From positions 5,155,832 through 5,219,831 of the forward strand of contig JASGLC010000003.1 of assembly GCA_047600425.1 (NCBI GenBank): DNA of 64,000 nt. The letters run 5' to 3'. Position 1 is the stretch's first letter, and each line of letters starts with the position of its first letter. Origin of the DNA: Kofleriaceae bacterium. Lineage in GTDB: Bacteria > Myxococcota_A > Polyangia > Haliangiales > Haliangiaceae. The position numbers were made by a program, and so were the translations under genes. Of this stretch, positions 59,298 to 64,000 are shown one piece after another. The notes beneath the pieces were generated by a model. The model saw only the letters and a program-made list of their open reading frames with translations, was not told the DNA's origin and searched no databases.

Positions 59298-60038
59298 ATG
59301 TTTTATCGCGACAAGAAGTTCACGCGGATCGGAAATAGCGTCGCGCTGATCATCGACCGCGCCATGTTGGCGGAGTGCAACATCAGAACCGACGAGATGG
59401 TTCGCATCAGGTCCGATGGGTTTCAGATGGTGATCGAGCAAGTGCCCGAGGGTGAGTTTGATCCGGCGGCGGCGTCTGATCTGGCGTGGGACATCAAGAA
59501 GAATGCGTTTCGAAAGACGTGGGACGTTGTCGGCCCCTCCGTCGAGAGAGCGGACCTGATCGCGCTAGGTTCCGCGACGACGGCGTCGAATCGCTTCTGG
59601 ATGTTTAGGCACGCTGTGGAGCGTGCGAAGACCGCGGTTCCGGAGCTCGAGCTCGTGATGGATCGACTCGAGTACTTGCGTGCGTATGTGGAGGAGCTCG
59701 GATGGGAAGAGGCCATGAAGAAAGCGATCGAAATCGTTCCCGATCGGTTCGGCATCTCGTTGCCTGTCACGCGTCGTGAAGTGCCAGCCGTAGCGCCCGC
59801 AGTCGCGCCGCTTCGCCCGACGATTTACGACAGGTTCTTCGGCCCCGACGACGGCAAACCCGACCCTGACCTGCTTACCGACGAACAGATCCAAGCCGAT
59901 GAGCCAACGGAAGCCGAACAGAAAGCCGAGGCCGAGTGGCAGGCGCACCTCGCTAGGTGCGAGGCGGCGCGGCTAGCCGCCAGAGCCAGTGCGGACGCAA
60001 TGGATGGCCGACCGGAATGTTCGGATGATCGAAGTTAG
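59298..60038 (+). CDS. AbrB/MazE (SpoVT-AbrB swapped-hairpin) DNA-binding-domain protein with long C-terminal extension. Atypically low GC.
   Basis: MFYRDKKFTRIGNSVALIIDRAMLAECNI matches the MazE/AbrB motif (K.t+iGNS.av.iP). ~190 further residues ending in an acidic, Ala-rich tail. Codon usage is rich in A/T-ending codons, unlike its neighbours. Its 3' end overlaps the convergent GNAT gene by 86 nt. Confidence 0.55.
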   Translation: MFYRDKKFTRIGNSVALIIDRAMLAECNIRTDEMVRIRSDGFQMVIEQVPEGEFDPAAASDLAWDIKKNAFRKTWDVVGPSVERADLIALGSATTASNRFWMFRHAVERAKTAVPELELVMDRLEYLRAYVEELGWEEAMKKAIEIVPDRFGISLPVTRREVPAVAPAVAPLRPTIYDRFFGPDDGKPDPDLLTDEQIQADEPTEAEQKAEAEWQAHLARCEAARLAARASADAMDGRPECSDDRS

Positions 60039-60480
60039 CGCTCGGATCGCGCACCATGCCGATGCGCTCCATCACGCGCTGTGACGGGATGTTCGTCGGG
60101 ACCGTGAAGCTCACGATCTCGGGCAACTTCAACTGCGTGAACCCGTAGTCGAGCGCGGCGCGCGCTGCTTCGGTCGCGTAGCCGTGACCCCAGCCGACCT
60201 TCGCGAGCCGCCAACCGATCTCGACATCCGAGCGGAACTTCGGCGGCTGTAGGCCAACGAAGCCGATGAACGGGACGCCGTCCTTCACCTCGACCGCCCA
60301 CAAGCCCCAGCCACGTTCGGCGAGCTCGGCCTTCATCCGACGCGCGAGCGATTCGGCTTCGACGTAGGACAGCTTCGCGGCGAAGTAGCGCATCACGTCG
60401 TCGTCCGCACACATCGCCGCGAACGTCGGGATGTCCTCCTCGCGCCAATCGCGTAGCAGCAGCCGGGCCGTCTCGATCAC
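59953..60480 (-). CDS. GNAT-family N-acetyltransferase (RimJ/RimL-like).
   Basis: [28 protein letters not shown]...IGFVGLQ...[28 protein letters not shown]. 175 aa. ATG overlaps the thrS stop (ATGA). Confidence 0.8.
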   Translation of the reverse strand: MIETARLLLRDWREEDIPTFAAMCADDDVMRYFAAKLSYVEAESLARRMKAELAERGWGLWAVEVKDGVPFIGFVGLQPPKFRSDVEIGWRLAKVGWGHGYATEAARAALDYGFTQLKLPEIVSFTVPTNIPSQRVMERIGMVRDPSANFDHPNIPVGHPLRPHWLWRLAAPPRT

Positions 60481-62441
60481 GCCATATCCGGCGGCGTCGC
60501 TTCGCGATCGAGGCGCGCGGCAAAGTCCGCGAACGACATCACCTCGAGCTTTTGCTGCTCGCCGCCACCGAACGTGCGGATGCTGACCTGATCCGAGGCG
60601 GCTTCCTTGTCACCGATCACGATCGTGTACGGGATCTTCTGGAGTGACGCATCGCGGATCTTGGCCTTCATCATCGCGTTGCCGTCGTCGAACACCGTGC
60701 GAATGCCGGCCGCTTCGAGCCGCGCTTGGACCGTGCGCGCGTGATCGTTCACGCGATCGGTGACCGTGACGATCGCGACCTGGACCGGCGCGAGCCAGAC
60801 CGGGAACGCGCCGGCGAAGTGCTCGATCAGGATCGCGATGAACCGCTCGAACGATCCGTAGATCGCGCGGTGAAGCACGACGGGGCGGTGATTCTTGCCG
60901 TCTTCACCGACGTAGGTGAGATCGAAGCGCTCCGGCGCCGCGTAGTCGAGCTGGATCGTGCCGAGCTGCCACTTGCGACCGATCGAATCCGAGACATCGA
61001 AGTCGATCTTCGGACCGTAGAACGCGCCGTCACCGGGCTTGAGCTCGTACGCGAGGCCGAGACCGTCGAGCGCCGCCTTGAGCGCACCTTCCGCACGGTC
61101 CCACATCGCATCGTCGCCGAGGCGGTTCGCAGGACGCGTCGCGAACTTCGCCGTGTATTTGAGGCCGACCGCGTTGTAGACGTGATCGAGCAGCGTGACG
61201 AACCGCTTCACCTCGTCGGCGATCTGATCTTCGCGCGCGTAGATGTGCGCGTCGTCTTGCGCGAACTGGCGCACGCGCGTGAGCCCACCCAGCGCACCGG
61301 CCGCCTCGTTGCGATGCAGCACGTCTTGCGTGTGCAGGCGCATCGGCAAGTCGCGATACGACTGCTTCTTGAAGCCGTAATAGAGGTGGTGCGAGGGGCA
61401 GTTCATCGGCTTCAGCGAGAAGTGATGCGGGTCTTCGTCACCGGCCGCCTTCGCTTCGCTGTCCTCGACGAGGAACATGTTTTCTTTGTACTTGCCCCAG
61501 TGACCACTGATCTCCCAGAGACCCTTGTTGTAGAGCAGCGGCGTCTTGATCTCGACGTAGCCGTGCGACAGCGCGAGCTTGCGCATGTACGACGACAACA
61601 CCGTGTAGATCGCCGTGCCTTTCGGCGTCCAGAACGCGGCGCCCGGCGAGAACTGATGGAAGTGGAACAGGTCGAGCTCTTTGCCGAGCCGGCGGTGGTC
61701 GCGCTTCTCCGCTTCTTCGCGCTGCTTCGTCCACGCGTCGAGCTGCTTCTTGTCGAAGAATGCGGTGCCGTAGATGCGCTGCAGCGTCTTGTTCTTGGAA
61801 TCGCCGCGCCAGTACGCCGCCGACGACGACAAGATCTTGATCACGCCGACCTTGCCCGTCGACGGACCGTGGGGCCCGAGACAGAAGTCGACCCAATCAC
61901 CGTGGCTGTACAGCGTGAGCGTCTTCGCTCCCTTGGCGACGATGTCGTTGATGATCTCGACCTTGAACTTCTCGCCCTTTTGATCGAACAGCTTGATCGC
62001 GTCGTCGACGGAGACTTCCGTGCGCTTGAACGGCAGGTCTTCGGCGATGATCTTGTTCGCGAGCGCTTCGATCTGACCGAGCTCGTCCTCGGTGAACGGC
62101 TTGCCGCGATCGAAGTCGTAGTAGAAGCCGTTCTCGATCGACGGACCGATCGTCACCTGCGTGCCGGGGAACAACCGCTGGACCGCATCCGCGACGATGT
62201 GCGCCGCGTCGTGCCGGATCGTGTCGAGCGCTTCGGGCTGCTTCGCCGTGACGATCTCGAGCTTCGCGTCGTGGTCGAGCTTGCGTTCGAGATCGACCTC
62301 TTCGCCATCGACCTTTGCAATGACCGCCGCCTTCGCCAGGCCGGGGCCGATGGCCGTCTTCACGAACTCCGCGATCGTCGTGCCCGGCGGCGTGCTCTTG
62401 GTGCTGCCGTCGGGGAGGGTGACCGTAATGTCTGCGCTCAC
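60477..62441 (-). CDS. thrS: Threonine--tRNA ligase.
   Basis: TGS N-terminus ([12 protein letters not shown]...). Editing domain. Class II core ([13 protein letters not shown]...FWTPKG). Anticodon-binding C-terminus. 654 aa. Confidence 0.95.
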   Translation of the reverse strand: MSADITVTLPDGSTKSTPPGTTIAEFVKTAIGPGLAKAAVIAKVDGEEVDLERKLDHDAKLEIVTAKQPEALDTIRHDAAHIVADAVQRLFPGTQVTIGPSIENGFYYDFDRGKPFTEDELGQIEALANKIIAEDLPFKRTEVSVDDAIKLFDQKGEKFKVEIINDIVAKGAKTLTLYSHGDWVDFCLGPHGPSTGKVGVIKILSSSAAYWRGDSKNKTLQRIYGTAFFDKKQLDAWTKQREEAEKRDHRRLGKELDLFHFHQFSPGAAFWTPKGTAIYTVLSSYMRKLALSHGYVEIKTPLLYNKGLWEISGHWGKYKENMFLVEDSEAKAAGDEDPHHFSLKPMNCPSHHLYYGFKKQSYRDLPMRLHTQDVLHRNEAAGALGGLTRVRQFAQDDAHIYAREDQIADEVKRFVTLLDHVYNAVGLKYTAKFATRPANRLGDDAMWDRAEGALKAALDGLGLAYELKPGDGAFYGPKIDFDVSDSIGRKWQLGTIQLDYAAPERFDLTYVGEDGKNHRPVVLHRAIYGSFERFIAILIEHFAGAFPVWLAPVQVAIVTVTDRVNDHARTVQARLEAAGIRTVFDDGNAMMKAKIRDASLQKIPYTIVIGDKEAASDQVSIRTFGGGEQQKLEVMSFADFAARLDREATPPDMA

Positions 62442-62502
62442 CCCGACTAGTTACCACGATGCTACGCTGGCGAGCGTGAGCTATCCGTTCGGTAGTTGGG
62501 TG

Positions 62503-63237
62503 ATGATCGATCGTCTTCCCGACGAGCCGGTCATCGCGTTCGTGTATCTCGACCCGCACGCGGGGCCGTCCGCGAAGGGCGGGCTCGCGAGTCAGCACGA
62601 CCTCGCGCAGATGCCGTCGAGAACGGTTCGCCTGACCCCGCAGGTCGCGATGCGCGAGCTCTCGGCGTCGGAGATTTCGGCGCGGCGGCTGCCCTCGCGA
62701 CCGGATTGGATCACGCACTACGGCCCGCAGCCCGATCCGCAGGCGGCGTGGCATAAAGATCCGCTGCTCGCGGGGAAGTTCCATCCTCAATATCCGGACG
62801 ACATCCAATCGTTCGTTCACGACGGCGATCCTCGTCGGCAACGCCGCGGTCCCGAGCTGTGTTGGGTGCGGATTCTGAAGATCGATCGCGCACCGACGCG
62901 GCAGGTCTCCGCGGATTACGAGCCGAGCCGGCACGTCTATATCGGCGAGCTGTTGAACCAGCCCCACACGCTGACCTCGGTGAAGAAGGGCGATCGGCTG
63001 AAGTTGATCTCGGTTCACGGTCTGCCGCATCCGCTTCACGTCACCGACGAGTACCTGGCCGAGCGCGAGGACTGGCGGATCACGCCGTGCGATCGGTGCG
63101 GCGCGAGCGAGACGTTCGATCCGCCGAGCGTGATGGCCCGGGTCCGGTTCCCGAACATGCCCGAAGGTGCGGTCCTCGAGGCGTTCACCTCGATCTGCAG
63201 CCACTGTGGCGGGGTCCAGCAGCTGTCCCATGTCTAA
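62503..63237 (+). CDS. Hypothetical protein with C-terminal Cys4 zinc-ribbon-like motif.
   Basis: Start at ATG 62503 (MIDRLPDEP) with GGGTG 3 nt upstream. ...ITPCDRCGASETFDPP...FTSICSHCGG at the C-terminus. 244 aa. The ORF-track N-terminal 114 aa would overlap the thrS start antisense, so they were discarded. Confidence 0.5.
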   Translation: MIDRLPDEPVIAFVYLDPHAGPSAKGGLASQHDLAQMPSRTVRLTPQVAMRELSASEISARRLPSRPDWITHYGPQPDPQAAWHKDPLLAGKFHPQYPDDIQSFVHDGDPRRQRRGPELCWVRILKIDRAPTRQVSADYEPSRHVYIGELLNQPHTLTSVKKGDRLKLISVHGLPHPLHVTDEYLAEREDWRITPCDRCGASETFDPPSVMARVRFPNMPEGAVLEAFTSICSHCGGVQQLSHV

Positions 63238-63308
63238 TGGACGACTAGACTTAGCGGGAGTGGCGGAGATCTGAGCAATTCCGGCCAGTTTCAGGGTAAA
63301 ACGGTGTC

Positions 63309-63608
63309 ATGGCACGCATGACCAAGGCGGACATCATCGAGTCCGTCTACGAGAAAGTCGGCGGTTTTTCGAAGAAGGAAGCCGCGGAGATCGTCGAGAC
63401 CGTCTTCAACGTCGTTAAAGAGACGCTGGAGCGCGGCGAGAAGATCAAGATCTCTGGTTTCGGTAACTTCGTCGTCCGCGACAAGAAGGACCGCATGGGT
63501 CGCGACCCGCAACGCGCGGTCCCGATTCTGATCCCGGCGCGCCGCGTTTTGACGTTCAAGCCGAGTCAGGTCCTCAAGAACATTCTCAACGGCTTGCCGC
63601 CGGTCTGA
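63309..63608 (+). CDS. ihfA: Integration host factor alpha subunit (HU/IHF family).
   Basis: MTKADIIESVYEKVGGFSKKEAAEIVETVFNVVKETLERGEKIKISGFGNFVVRDKKDRMGRDPQRAVPILIPARRVLTFKPSQ aligns closely with E. coli IHF-alpha ([26 protein letters not shown]...[39 protein letters not shown]). Confidence 0.9.
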   Translation: MARMTKADIIESVYEKVGGFSKKEAAEIVETVFNVVKETLERGEKIKISGFGNFVVRDKKDRMGRDPQRAVPILIPARRVLTFKPSQVLKNILNGLPPV

Positions 63609-63634
63609 GTTTCCCGTAAACAGACTTCCCATCC

Positions 63635-63708
63635 CGAGGCGTAGCGCAGCCTGGTAGCGCACCAGACTGGGGGTCTGGGGGTCGCAGGTTCGAATCCTGT
63701 CGCCTCGA
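63635..63708 (+). tRNA. tRNA-Pro (anticodon GGG).
   Basis: CGAGGCG/CGCCTCG acceptor stem. D-arm GCGC-AGCCTGGTA-GCGC. Anticodon arm CCAGA-CTGGGGG-TCTGG. TΨC arm GCAGG-TTCGAAT-CCTGT. Discriminator A followed by CC. Confidence 0.8.
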
Positions 63709-63798
63709 CCGGGACGGACGGCTTCCCCAGCCGTCCACCTTTCTTTTCGGACTATTTCGCCACGAGAGTCGTCCGGACCATCGGGCACGAACGGACTG

Positions 63799-64000
63799 AT
63801 GAAACAGTTCGATCGTCGCCAGGTGTTGAAGGTCCTTGGACTCGGATTTGTCGCTGCGTGCACCAGCACCAGCTCGGACAACTCCGAGCCCGATGCGGGC
63901 ACGAGCGGAACCGATTCGAGTGGTTCTGGCTCGGGAAGCGGCTCCTCGGATCCTGCACAGGATTGGGCGAGCGGTGGCACCGCATCGATGACCGACAAGG
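63799..64000 (+). CDS. Partial CDS (5' part): Tat-signal lipoprotein, continues beyond the window end.
   Basis: MKQFDRRQVLKVLGLGFVAACTSTSSDNSEPDAGTSGTDSSGSGSGSGSSDP. RRxxLK twin-arginine motif plus lipobox (AAC), then Ser/Gly linker. Truncated at the window end. Confidence 0.45.
   Translation, partial: MKQFDRRQVLKVLGLGFVAACTSTSSDNSEPDAGTSGTDSSGSGSGSGSSDPAQDWASGGTASMTDK

Noticed and set aside
58478-59441. Seven ORFs predicted across the repeat array (58478..58735-, 58661..58981+, 58711..58941-, 58978..59175-, 59011..59349+, 59117..59299-, 59166..59441-).
   Set aside because: Their translations are periodic copies of the DNA repeat (VTNNSN…, RIVRNA…, FELFVTP…). They occur in mutually overlapping frames on both strands and have no start context. 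They are artefacts of the tandem repeat.
63291-63998. 235-aa minus-strand ORF spanning ihfA and tRNA-Pro.
   Set aside because: It overlaps a well-supported IHF gene and a tRNA. Its product is low-complexity.

Overview
A 64-kb, very high-GC (about 68-70 % by eye), gene-dense chromosomal segment that looks like Myxococcota (myxobacterium-like). Supporting impressions: IF3 with a Dsg-like acidic C-terminal extension, a TIGR02996-domain protein, two eukaryotic-type Ser/Thr kinases, and two sigma-54 enhancer-binding proteins with FHA/GAF inputs. Many stop and start codons overlap (ATGA, GTGA, TGATG, TAATG), which suggests translational coupling throughout.

Recognisable housekeeping genes: glgC-glgA, orn, efp-epmA, uvrA, msrB, a DEAD-box helicase, infC-rpmI-rplT-pheS-pheT, thrS, ihfA, tRNA-Val(GAC) and tRNA-Pro(GGG).

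Most interesting candidates:
- An eight-gene minus-strand operon (22658-26706) with tightly coupled junctions: FHA protein, double zinc ribbon, ThiF/MoeB-like E1, MoaD/ThiS-like Ubl ending in Gly-Gly, a degenerate E1 N-terminal fragment, JAMM/MPN peptidase, a LarE-family PP-loop ATPase and a secreted DUF882/M15-like peptidase. I read this as a possibly undescribed ubiquitin-like sulfur-carrier or conjugation system.
- An ~870-bp non-coding array (58365-59230) of 18 copies of a 22-bp core in two opposed orientation blocks. It is not a CRISPR array. It lies between a TetR gene and a low-GC AbrB/MazE-like gene.
- Three tandem paralogous large helical proteins upstream of orn.
- Two genes apparently split by single-nucleotide frameshifts.
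- A DEAD-box helicase with a ~400-aa RG/RD-rich repeat insert.
- A phage gpV/VgrG-like OB-domain gene truncated at the left edge of the window.

All assignments come from reading the supplied translations and DNA by eye. No database searches were run.
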